Shown here piece after piece: positions 15,671 through 23,130 of a stretch of 24,000 nucleotides of DNA. Position 1 is the first letter of the stretch; every line of letters begins with the position of its first letter. The notes under the pieces are model-generated. The model had not been told where the DNA came from. It ran no database searches and saw only the letters and a list, made by a program, of their open reading frames with translations. This DNA comes from Faecalibaculum rodentium. GTDB taxonomy: Bacteria > Bacillota_I > Bacilli_A > Erysipelotrichales > Erysipelotrichaceae. The DNA lies in the NCBI RefSeq assembly GCF_001564455.1, contig NZ_CP011391.1, forward strand, positions 2,091,391 to 2,115,390, read 5' to 3'. The translations under genes and the position numbers were made by a program.

Positions 15671-16657
15671 TCACTCCTCGATGAGGTTCATGACACCGTT
15701 GTCACTGGCAGTTTGTCTGAATGCGTTCATTTCATCCCCAGTGAACATGGGATGAGGCGGCAGGCTGTAGTCCTGTCCCGTCATTTCGTATTTCGCCGAC
15801 GCAAGCGGGTTGTAGTTGAGCAGCTCATACTTGACGCCGGGGTAATGGCCCGAGATCCACCGGGCGATGCCGCCGATGTTTTCCTTCGTGGCAGTATATC
15901 CCGGAATCAGCGGGGTGCGGATGATGACCTTGTCCCTGTGCTCCGGGGAATCCAGGAGCCAGGCAATGTTTTCCAGGATCTGGGTGTTGTCCCGCCCTGT
16001 GGCGTGTCTGTGCCCTGCCGGATCCAGGATCTTGATGTCGGCGAAGATCCGGTCAAGGTAGGGGGCACAGGCCTTCACCAGGGTCGGGTCGGCGAAGAAA
16101 CTCGATTCAATCGCGGTGTGAAATCCCTCGGCTTTGCATCGCTTCAGGATATCCTCCAGGAAGTGTCCTTGGAGAAAAGGCTCGCCACCGGAGAACGTCA
16201 CGCCGCCGCCGCTCTTAAAGAATACCGCATCTTCCCGGATCTTTTCCATCAGGGTGTCCAGGTCATAGGGCGTGCTGTCGTAGCGGATCGCCGCCGCAGG
16301 ACAGGCATAGACGACTTCATCGAAATGCCCGGGGTACTGATGGTTCAGCACCGGTGCCCCGTCTTTCCATTCCAGCTGACCTGGTCTGGCAGCGGCTTTG
16401 CAGCGGCCGCAGTGAATGCACTGGTTTTTCAGATACACCGGCTGTCTGGCAGCCCTGAGCCCTTCGGGGTTCTGGCACCATTTGCAGCGAAGGGGACAGC
16501 CTTTGAAGAACACCGTCGTGCGGATCCCGTCTCCGTCATGCACGGCAAACCGCTTGATGTCAAACACCAGAGCCTTCCAGTGAGGCTGCAGGTGATGCCT
16601 TTCAGCTTCTCCCTGAATCTCGCAGGTGTCTGTCATCTGCCTTTCAGTTGTATTCAT
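15671..16657 (-). CDS. Glycyl-radical enzyme activating enzyme (radical SAM) with ferredoxin-like insert
   Basis: CPLRCKWCQNPE (CX3CX2C), extra Cys clusters CIHCGRCKAA / CPAAAI, and GGVTFSGGEP. The ATG at 16657 (MNTTERQ..) is preceded by GAGGAGGGAA; the track start at 16690 is less likely. Confidence 0.9.
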   Translation of the reverse strand: MNTTERQMTDTCEIQGEAERHHLQPHWKALVFDIKRFAVHDGDGIRTTVFFKGCPLRCKWCQNPEGLRAARQPVYLKNQCIHCGRCKAAARPGQLEWKDGAPVLNHQYPGHFDEVVYACPAAAIRYDSTPYDLDTLMEKIREDAVFFKSGGGVTFSGGEPFLQGHFLEDILKRCKAEGFHTAIESSFFADPTLVKACAPYLDRIFADIKILDPAGHRHATGRDNTQILENIAWLLDSPEHRDKVIIRTPLIPGYTATKENIGGIARWISGHYPGVKYELLNYNPLASAKYEMTGQDYSLPPHPMFTGDEMNAFRQTASDNGVMNLIEE

Positions 16658-16706
16658 GAAAGGTTCCCTCCTCTCTGCCTCCGGCCTCACCCCATCTGAC
16701 AGCGGT

Positions 16707-16734
16707 CCGGCTGCCCGGACTTCCGGCCAGCCGG
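16707..16734. other. GC-rich palindromic stem-loop between GRE and activase genes
   Basis: CCGGCTG-C-CCGGA-CT-TCCGG-C-CAGCCGG: 12 paired positions with one C-C mismatch and no following U-run. Confidence 0.5.
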
Positions 16735-16744
16735 TAAGGCCATA

Positions 16745-19093
16745 CTAGATATCCGCGTAGCTGGTCCGCTCGATGATTTCGTCCTGGAGCTTGCCGGCCA
16801 GTTCCGTAAAGTACGCAGTATAACCTGCAACCCGCACCGTCAGGGACTGGTGCCGCTCCGGATGGATCTGGGCATCGATCAGGTCCTCCCGGTTCACAAC
16901 ATTGAACTGAATATGGGGAATCTCCAGGTCCACGAACGCCCGCAGGAAGTGCTCGAACTTGTCCCGCCCTGTCTGAGTCCGGAAGAACTCCGGCAGGAAT
17001 TTCATGTTCAGCAGTCCGCCATTGGTTGTGAAGGAATCATCCATCCGGGAAACGGATTTCAGCACCGCCGTCGGTCCGGTCATGTCCCGGCCATATACCG
17101 GCGACATCCCGCCATCCGCCAGAGGCTCTTTCGCTTTCCGCCCATCGGCAGAGGCGCCGACATTTTCCCCCATCGGAACGTGAGCGCTGACGGTGTACAT
17201 TCCCGTGTGGTACGGGCCGCCGCGGTAGTTGGTGTAGTCCTTCATCCGCTCCCGGAAGTAGCCAGCCCACTTGGCCCCCAGGTCATCCACCCATTGGATG
17301 TCGTTGCCGTACTTCGGTGCCCGCTTCAGCAGCATCGTCTGCGTAATTTCATGACCCTCGAAGTTCTCCGCCAGAGCCTGCTTCAGCTCCTCGCGGGAAA
17401 TCCGCTTCTCATCGTAAACCAGTTCCTTGATCGCCGCCAGGGAATCCGCCAGGTTGGCCACCTGAATCATCTGGATCCCCGAGAGGTTGTACTTTGCGCC
17501 GCCCGCCGTGACATCCAGGCCCTTGTCCAGGCAGTCGTCAATGACCGCCGACAGGAAAGCCGTCGGCAGACAGTCCTGATGCGCCTTTTCCACCACCACT
17601 TCGGCTTTCATCATTTCATCAATGAAATGGTCGATGGTCTTCCGGAAGGCCTCCTCGAGTTCTTCAAAGGTTTCGAATTCCTCGATCCCCCCGAAATCCG
17701 GGCCAATCTGTTCGCCCGTCAGCAGGCACTTGCCGTGGTTCATCGCCAGCTCCAGGGCTTTGTTCAGATTGAACATCGCCGCATCGCTCCACCCCAGGTT
17801 GTTGCCGTGGGTTGTGAGCTCCACGCAGCCCACAATGGCGTAGTCCCGCGCATCTTTTTCCTCGATGCCCAGGTCCTGGACCATGGTGTGAATGATTGCC
17901 TCGTCATTGAAGAACTGCGGCATGCCGGAGCCCTTCGCCACGACCTGGATCGCATCCTGCAACAGTTCCCGGCTCGTGTTGCGGTTCAGCCGCACAGAGA
18001 GATTGGGCTGCGGCAGCCCCAGGTCGTACTGCGCCTTGAGGAGCAGCAGCGACAGGTCATTGTAGGTGTCGTTGCCCTCTTCGTCCACGCCGCCAATCGC
18101 GATATTGAACCCGATGGGGAACCCCGCGAAGTACTTCGCCGAGTGCTGGTTGCGCAGATAGACGATCTGGTTGAATTTCAGCCACAGCGCCTCGAGGATC
18201 TCCAGAGCTTTCTGTTCCGTGAGCCTGCCCTCCCGGATGTCTTTTTCATAATACGGCCAGAGGTACTGGTCCATGCGCCCGGGCGAGAAAGAAGAAGCGT
18301 TGGATTCCATGTGGAGGATCGTGAACAGGAACCAAAGAGACTGCACCGCTTCGTGGAAGGTCTGTGCCCCGCGGTCCGCAAGTGCCTCGCAGATATCCGC
18401 CAGATCCAGCAGATCATCCCGATAAGCTTCGTTCTCCGCCGCTGTTTTCTCCAGCAGCCGGGCATATCGCCGCATGAAGGTCCGGGCGCCTTCCATCACG
18501 AGAATCACCGCATCGTAGAACTCCGGGTTATCCGGGTGCTGTTCCTTCGCCTGCCGCGCTTTTTCCGCCAGCCCTGCTGGTCCAAGTTCCAGCCACAGCT
18601 TCGTATCCGGACAGATGTGTCCCTGTGCATGGTCCTTCTGGTTGATCTTCACGACCTTCGCCATAGCCGAAATTTCCGGACCATAGTTCTGTGAAATCAC
18701 ATCTTCCATGGACCGCCCGTGCCAATATGGATAGATTTCTTCCCGGAACTCCCGGATGTCTTCCTCACGCACCTGGAACTTGTCCTGGGGCCTGGTGGGC
18801 AGTGTCTCGAATTCCTCGTTGATCCATTTCAGACCCGATTCCGGGAACACCACACCCGCGCGGACGCCTTTGGTCCGGTTGCCGACGATGAGTTCCTCGG
18901 GCTGCACTGCAATTTCGAGTTCCTCCAGCGCGGCTTTCAGGGAAAGGGCACGCTTGAGTACCGTGGACTTGTCTTCGTTTTCCTTATAGACCCGGGTGAT
19001 GATTCGTGCCTGTTCAATGGAGGCATACCGGGGCTCCGCGAGCATTTTGTCTTTCAGAATGTCAATGCGTTCTGTTTTCTTCAAATCTTTCAT
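16745..19093 (-). CDS. Glycyl radical enzyme, 1,2-eliminase (dehydratase/lyase) class, PflD/YbiW-like
   Basis: 782 aa. The C-terminal glycyl radical motif is LTVRVAGYTAYF. The Cys loop AIVGCVELT (Cys-x-Glu) resembles diol/glycerol dehydratase-, CutC-, HypD- and YbiW-type enzymes rather than the PFL Cys-Cys. ESNASSFSPGRMDQYLWPYY and QPNLSVR resemble E. coli YbiW as I recall it. AAGGAG RBS. Confidence 0.9.
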   Translation of the reverse strand: MKDLKKTERIDILKDKMLAEPRYASIEQARIITRVYKENEDKSTVLKRALSLKAALEELEIAVQPEELIVGNRTKGVRAGVVFPESGLKWINEEFETLPTRPQDKFQVREEDIREFREEIYPYWHGRSMEDVISQNYGPEISAMAKVVKINQKDHAQGHICPDTKLWLELGPAGLAEKARQAKEQHPDNPEFYDAVILVMEGARTFMRRYARLLEKTAAENEAYRDDLLDLADICEALADRGAQTFHEAVQSLWFLFTILHMESNASSFSPGRMDQYLWPYYEKDIREGRLTEQKALEILEALWLKFNQIVYLRNQHSAKYFAGFPIGFNIAIGGVDEEGNDTYNDLSLLLLKAQYDLGLPQPNLSVRLNRNTSRELLQDAIQVVAKGSGMPQFFNDEAIIHTMVQDLGIEEKDARDYAIVGCVELTTHGNNLGWSDAAMFNLNKALELAMNHGKCLLTGEQIGPDFGGIEEFETFEELEEAFRKTIDHFIDEMMKAEVVVEKAHQDCLPTAFLSAVIDDCLDKGLDVTAGGAKYNLSGIQMIQVANLADSLAAIKELVYDEKRISREELKQALAENFEGHEITQTMLLKRAPKYGNDIQWVDDLGAKWAGYFRERMKDYTNYRGGPYHTGMYTVSAHVPMGENVGASADGRKAKEPLADGGMSPVYGRDMTGPTAVLKSVSRMDDSFTTNGGLLNMKFLPEFFRTQTGRDKFEHFLRAFVDLEIPHIQFNVVNREDLIDAQIHPERHQSLTVRVAGYTAYFTELAGKLQDEIIERTSYADI

Positions 19094-19123
19094 TGCGTGC
19101 TCCTTGTCTTGTTTACACTTACC

Positions 19124-19151
19124 AGTATACCGAAATAACTCTTGTTTTCAA
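19124..19151 (-). promoter_or_regulatory. Candidate sigma-A promoter for the GRE operon
   Basis: On the minus strand, TTGAAA (19151..19146), a 16-nt spacer, then TATACT (19129..19124). It lies about 30 nt upstream of the GRE ATG. Motif match only. Confidence 0.45.
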
Positions 19152-19345
19152 TTGTTTTATATTGTTTTTGCGAATAAACGAGACAGAACAGTCTTTCCTG
19201 CCGATGATGACAGGCAGCTGAAGGCGCGGCTGCAGCCGGGCATTCAGCACGCCGCCCTGGATGTGTGTTCCTGTTAATCTGGAAAATCCTGGGGATAGCG
19301 GTGCTCTGAAGATCGGTTGAAATAAAAAGGCAGCCAATAATCTGG

Positions 19346-19456
19346 ATTTGCGTGAGAAACGGTCTGTTATGGAGAGAGTTCAGGCTTTTCGTGAGAAAAT
19401 TGCGTGTTTTCGTGAGATTTATCGTGAGAAATCTCACGAAAATCTCAGGATTCACA
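19346..19456. repeat. Repeat module A: array of CGTGAGA half-sites ending in a 16-bp palindrome
   Basis: CGTGAGA occurs at 19351, 19390, 19411 and 19423. The palindrome CGTGAGA-AA-TCTCACG is at 19423..19438, followed by AAAATCTCAGGATTCACA. It aligns with module B apart from an internal insertion of about 20 bp. Confidence 0.75.
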
Positions 19457-19562
19457 GGAAAACCGGCTGTTTTGGGAAGAAAAAGAGGAGGATTCTCTGC
19501 TCAGAAGGTAATCATTAGTTGATATAGCAGAGAATAATATAAAATGAGTAATCCAGCAGTGA

Positions 19563-19654
19563 ATTTGCGTGAGATTTTTTCCTTTTCATGAGAAAAATGT
19601 CCGTTTTCGTGAGAATTATCGTGAGAAATCTCACGAAACTCTCAGGATTTCACA
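19563..19654. repeat. Repeat module B: second copy of the CGTGAGA half-site array plus 16-bp palindrome
   Basis: CGTGAGA occurs at 19568, 19608 and 19620, with the variant CATGAGA at 19587. An identical palindrome CGTGAGA-AA-TCTCACG is at 19620..19635, followed by AAACTCTCAGGATTTCACA. Confidence 0.75.
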
Positions 19655-19748
19655 CGATTTCCGGATTTCTCCATAGCCTCCTATCCAAAAAACTGCCGGT
19701 GAAGCCCTGTGTATTCCACAGCCTTCATCGGCAGTTTTATCATGGTTC

Positions 19749-20501
19749 TTACAATACCTCGGTGAGCTCCGCTGCAGCCTGCCGCTGGGTGGAACTGTCG
19801 CCGGTGATCAGGACATCGAAGTCCGAGACATGAGCGAAAATGAATGCACCGTCCTGGTTGAACTTGCTGCTTTCCGCAAACAGCACCGTCCGGCGGCTGG
19901 ACTCCATGACGGCTTTTTTCGTGAGTCCATCCTCGACGTTGTAGGTCATGACCGCATCCTTGTCGAGATTCACCCCCACGGCCCCCATGAAGGAGACCGC
20001 AAAATTGAATTCCCGGATCTGGCGCTGGGCGAGTCCCCCGACAAATCCGTCCCGTCCTTTGTTCAGCTGGCCGCCAATGAACAGCACCTGCCGGTTTTCA
20101 TCTGCGGCGAAAAGATCCAGGATCTGTGTCATATTCGTGACCACCGTGACATCGATGTTTTCCTGGATCATGAGCCGCGCCAGCTGCAGCGTGGTGCTCG
20201 ATATCCCCAGAAACACCAGGGATCCCGGCTCCATGAGCGACAGCGCTTTGCGGGCCATGGCAGTTTTTTCCTCCACGTTCTCAATCACCCGGTCCCGGGC
20301 CTTCATGATGTGGAAATTGCTGCGGACGCTCACAGCTCCGCCGTGGATGCGCCTGAGCTGTCCCTGTTTCTCCAGCGCTGTCAGGTCCTTGCGGATGCAG
20401 TCTTCTGTCACTTCGAATTCCCGTGCCAGGTCCTTCACCAGCACCTGCCGGGTGATGGCCAGCCGCCGCAGGATCTGCTCGTGGCGTTCGTTCTGCGTCA
20501 T
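19749..20501 (-). CDS. DeoR/GlpR-family transcriptional regulator
   Basis: 250 aa. The N-terminal winged HTH is ERHEQILRRLAITRQVLVKDLAREFEVTEDCIRKDLTALEKQGQLRRIHGGA, and the C-terminal domain is a DeoR-type sugar-phosphate-binding domain. The ATG overlaps the proC TGA as ATGA (20498..20501). Confidence 0.9.
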   Translation of the reverse strand: MTQNERHEQILRRLAITRQVLVKDLAREFEVTEDCIRKDLTALEKQGQLRRIHGGAVSVRSNFHIMKARDRVIENVEEKTAMARKALSLMEPGSLVFLGISSTTLQLARLMIQENIDVTVVTNMTQILDLFAADENRQVLFIGGQLNKGRDGFVGGLAQRQIREFNFAVSFMGAVGVNLDKDAVMTYNVEDGLTKKAVMESSRRTVLFAESSKFNQDGAFIFAHVSDFDVLITGDSSTQRQAAAELTEVL

Positions 20502-21280
20502 TGCCGGTTCATCACCGCATCCACCGCATCAATGATGTCACCCCGGAATCCGTCTTTTTCCAGCTGCGACACCCCGCGGATCGTGGTGCCCCCGGGACTG
20601 CAGACAGAATCTTTCATCACTCCGGGGTGATTGTGGTCAGCCATGAACAGCGCACCGGTGCCTTCCAGGACCCGGGCCGCCATTTCCAGTGCCTGCGCCC
20701 GCTGCAGGCCATATTTTACGCCTGCATCCGAGAGAGCCTCGATGAACATCGCCGCAAATGCCGGGGAGCATCCGGCTATGGTCCCTGCGATGCCCATGTG
20801 CTCGCTGTCCACCGGTGCAATCAGCGCGATGGGCCCGAACAGCTCCGCCAGTTTTGCCTCCATATCTGCACTGAGAGTGGACCCGGTTTCCCACACCAGG
20901 ATCCCCTGCCCCACGCGGATGGGTGTATTGGGCATCACACAGAGGCTTTCGCAGTCATCCGGCAGCAGCGGCCGGAGTTTCCTGTCGGTAAATCCCGCCG
21001 CAATGCAGACGACGGTTTTGTTCACCAGTGCACTGCGGATCTCCTGTGTCACGGTCTCCATCATATAGGGTTTGACAGCCAGGATCACCACATCTCCGGC
21101 TGCCGCAGCCTCCAGATTTGTCTGACAGGCATGAATGCCGAGCGTGGCGGCTTTTTTCTCCAGTTTGTCGAAATGCGCTGCACTGGCGTAGATGTTCTGC
21201 GCCGGCAGGCAGTCAAATTCGATCAGTCCCTGAGCCATGGCCCCTGCCATGTTCCCGAATCCAATAAATGAAAGCTTCAT
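20498..21280 (-). CDS. proC: Pyrroline-5-carboxylate reductase
   Basis: 260 aa. It has a Rossmann motif FIGFGNMAGAMAQGL, then AVKPY, MPNTP and the C-terminal SPGGTT signature. AAGGAGA RBS. Confidence 0.9.
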   Translation of the reverse strand: MKLSFIGFGNMAGAMAQGLIEFDCLPAQNIYASAAHFDKLEKKAATLGIHACQTNLEAAAAGDVVILAVKPYMMETVTQEIRSALVNKTVVCIAAGFTDRKLRPLLPDDCESLCVMPNTPIRVGQGILVWETGSTLSADMEAKLAELFGPIALIAPVDSEHMGIAGTIAGCSPAFAAMFIEALSDAGVKYGLQRAQALEMAARVLEGTGALFMADHNHPGVMKDSVCSPGGTTIRGVSQLEKDGFRGDIIDAVDAVMNRQ

Positions 21281-21288
21281 GGTGTCTC

Positions 21289-21354
21289 CTTCTGTTCCTT
21301 CTGTACCTTATTATTTGTATCTTCTGTTTTCTATTACTTGTATCCTCTGTTTTC
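21289..21354. repeat. Nested tandem repeats in the proC 5' leader
   Basis: 23-mers at 21309..21331 and 21332..21354 are identical at 21/23 positions (TATTA[T/C]TTGTATC[T/C]TCTGTTTTC). Tandem 9-mers CCTTCTGTT/CCTTCTGTA are at 21289..21306. On the mRNA strand these are purine-rich ACAGARG units running into the SD. Confidence 0.6.
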
Positions 21355-21453
21355 TGCTGTCAGGCAGCATCCCCCCAAGCCTCTGGACCGGGCAGCCATC
21401 TTCCGATGTCCCTGTCTGCCGGCATTGGCAGGCGGTCCCTGCGTACAGGCTGA

Positions 21454-22365
21454 CTACTGCTTCCGGAAAATCTTCCAGTTGCGGATTACCAGGATCTCCG
21501 CCAGTGTCAGGATCACGCAGAACACGATCACCGACGTATAGCCCCAGGGCTCCTTGAGCAGGTGCATGTTCACGAAATTCATTCCGAACCAGCCGGTGAT
21601 CAGCGTCAGAGGGGTAAAAATCGATGTCACGATCGTCAACAGATTCACCAGGTCATTCTGACGCTCCGAGAGCTTTGCCTGCTTCATGTCCAGCACCTGT
21701 GTCAGGGATTCCTTCAGCGTGTGTGTCATCTGCGCGAGGTGCTGCACACGCTGGATGTACAGGGACAGCAGCGTCTGGGCGGTTTCATCCCCGGACTGCA
21801 CCACGACCTGTTCCATGGTCTGGGCCATGTTCGAGAGCTGCTCGTAGTAGGTGTACAGGGCATTGAGCTGACTGCGCATGTACATGAAATCCTTGCCGGT
21901 GTCCGCAACTGTGCCGGCATTCATGCGCTCGGCGAGCTGGGAGAGCGTCTTTTCGTATCCCTGCAGGACGTAGAGATCCTCCCGGATCAGGTATTCCATG
22001 AAGTCCAAAAGAAACACCAGCGGTGTCCGGATCTCATCGTCGTATTCTTCCTCCATGGCCCTGACTTTCTTGCGCACCTTGGAGCCTTCGTCAATGAAAT
22101 ACAGCTTGTCGGGAGTCAGGCAGAAGGCAAAGATGTTGTGCGAAATCTGGAGGTTTTTCTTGGACGGGATCACAAAGGTCCCGTACACCAGTCCCCGGAA
22201 GTTCGAGGCCTTGCAGAATTCCGGCTTGCTGATGACTTTGTCAATGTGCCTGATGCTGCAGATCCCCGGCTCTTTCTTGCGGAATTCCTCCAGCCCCAGG
22301 ATCTCCACCTGGTCGGCGTCTGACTGCACCGTCGTGTTTTCGGTTTCCACGGTTTCCATGTTCAT
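21454..22365 (-). CDS. corA: CorA-family magnesium/cobalt transporter
   Basis: 303 aa with the signature GWFGMNF (GMN motif) between two C-terminal TM helices. The start is either ATG 22365 (ATGA overlap with rsmD) or ATG 22359, which has better spacing from AGGAGG. Confidence 0.85.
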   Translation of the reverse strand: MNMETVETENTTVQSDADQVEILGLEEFRKKEPGICSIRHIDKVISKPEFCKASNFRGLVYGTFVIPSKKNLQISHNIFAFCLTPDKLYFIDEGSKVRKKVRAMEEEYDDEIRTPLVFLLDFMEYLIREDLYVLQGYEKTLSQLAERMNAGTVADTGKDFMYMRSQLNALYTYYEQLSNMAQTMEQVVVQSGDETAQTLLSLYIQRVQHLAQMTHTLKESLTQVLDMKQAKLSERQNDLVNLLTIVTSIFTPLTLITGWFGMNFVNMHLLKEPWGYTSVIVFCVILTLAEILVIRNWKIFRKQ

Positions 22366-23039
22366 GCCTCCTGGTGTCCTGTTACGGCTGATGCCGGTTC
22401 TGCTGCGGATGCCCGACTGGCTGCCGGATTGCTCCGTCCGCCTTCGGTTTTTCCATCATCGGCCTCCGGGTCTGCAGAAGCGCTGTCCTTCAGGCGGTAG
22501 AAATGGGCGCGGGAAATGCCATAGACTTTCTCCCGGAACTTTTCCAGGTTCCCGTACTCCGAAGCCATGTCCTTTTCCTTCCGGGTGCGGATCACGAGCA
22601 CGCCATCGTCCTCCAGCAGACGGGTCTGGCCCATGCGCTGCATAACAGGTTCGAAGATCTCGTCCACGGTGTAGGGAGGATCGAGATAAATGATGTCAAA
22701 GGTCTCCCCTTTTTTGTCGAGACGGCTGACGGCGTCGAACACATCTTCCTGGAGCACCACGGCGTGTTTCATGAGTCCCAGATTCTGCAGGTTGCGGCGG
22801 ATGACATCGGCGGCATCTTTCCGTTTTTCCACCATGACGGCGCGCTCTGCCCCGCGGGAGAGGGCTTCGATGCCCATGGATCCCGATCCGGAGAAGAGAT
22901 CGAGAAAGCGGCAGCCCGGAATGTCGAACTGCCAGATATTGAAAAGAGACTGCCGGATTTTGTCCGTCACGGGGCGGGTATCCAGCCCGGCGGGTGCTTC
23001 GATGGCACGGCCTCTTGCGGTTCCTGAAATCACTCGCAT
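22362..23039 (-). CDS. rsmD: 16S rRNA (guanine-N2)-methyltransferase RsmD family
   Basis: It starts MRVISGTARGR, has the SAM-binding FLDLFSGSGSMGIEALSRGA and the DPPY motif. A low-complexity Ala/Ser/Asp C-terminal tail of about 40 aa is atypical for the family. GAGGTGA RBS. Confidence 0.85.
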   Translation of the reverse strand: MRVISGTARGRAIEAPAGLDTRPVTDKIRQSLFNIWQFDIPGCRFLDLFSGSGSMGIEALSRGAERAVMVEKRKDAADVIRRNLQNLGLMKHAVVLQEDVFDAVSRLDKKGETFDIIYLDPPYTVDEIFEPVMQRMGQTRLLEDDGVLVIRTRKEKDMASEYGNLEKFREKVYGISRAHFYRLKDSASADPEADDGKTEGGRSNPAASRASAAEPASAVTGHQEA

Positions 23040-23130
23040 GCGATCACCTCGTTACAAGGATAGCACGGCAGCTGCCGCGACGGGCAACAGGAAGCAGAAG
23101 CGGGGTCCAGGGAGCTGATATACTGGGGCC

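Noticed and set aside
16745-19093. Calling the GRE outright as pyruvate formate-lyase or as hydroxyproline dehydratase HypD.
   Set aside because: The active-site loop is GCVE (single Cys plus Glu), not the PFL Cys-Cys. Adjacency to an FSA-type aldolase and the YbiW-like motifs argue against a confident HypD call despite the nearby proC, so I left it as an eliminase-class GRE of unresolved substrate.
19090-19833. ORFs 19090..19455 (-), 19119..19337 (-) and 19588..19833 (+) in the GRE upstream region. I also considered that the CGTGAGA repeats are a small CRISPR array or a riboswitch.
   Set aside because: The ORF peptides merely echo the DNA repeats (FVR..NLTK) and lack RBSs. The repeats are 7-11 bp half-sites at irregular spacing, not 25-40-bp repeats with unique spacers, and no cas genes are present. 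I could not match any riboswitch class by eye.
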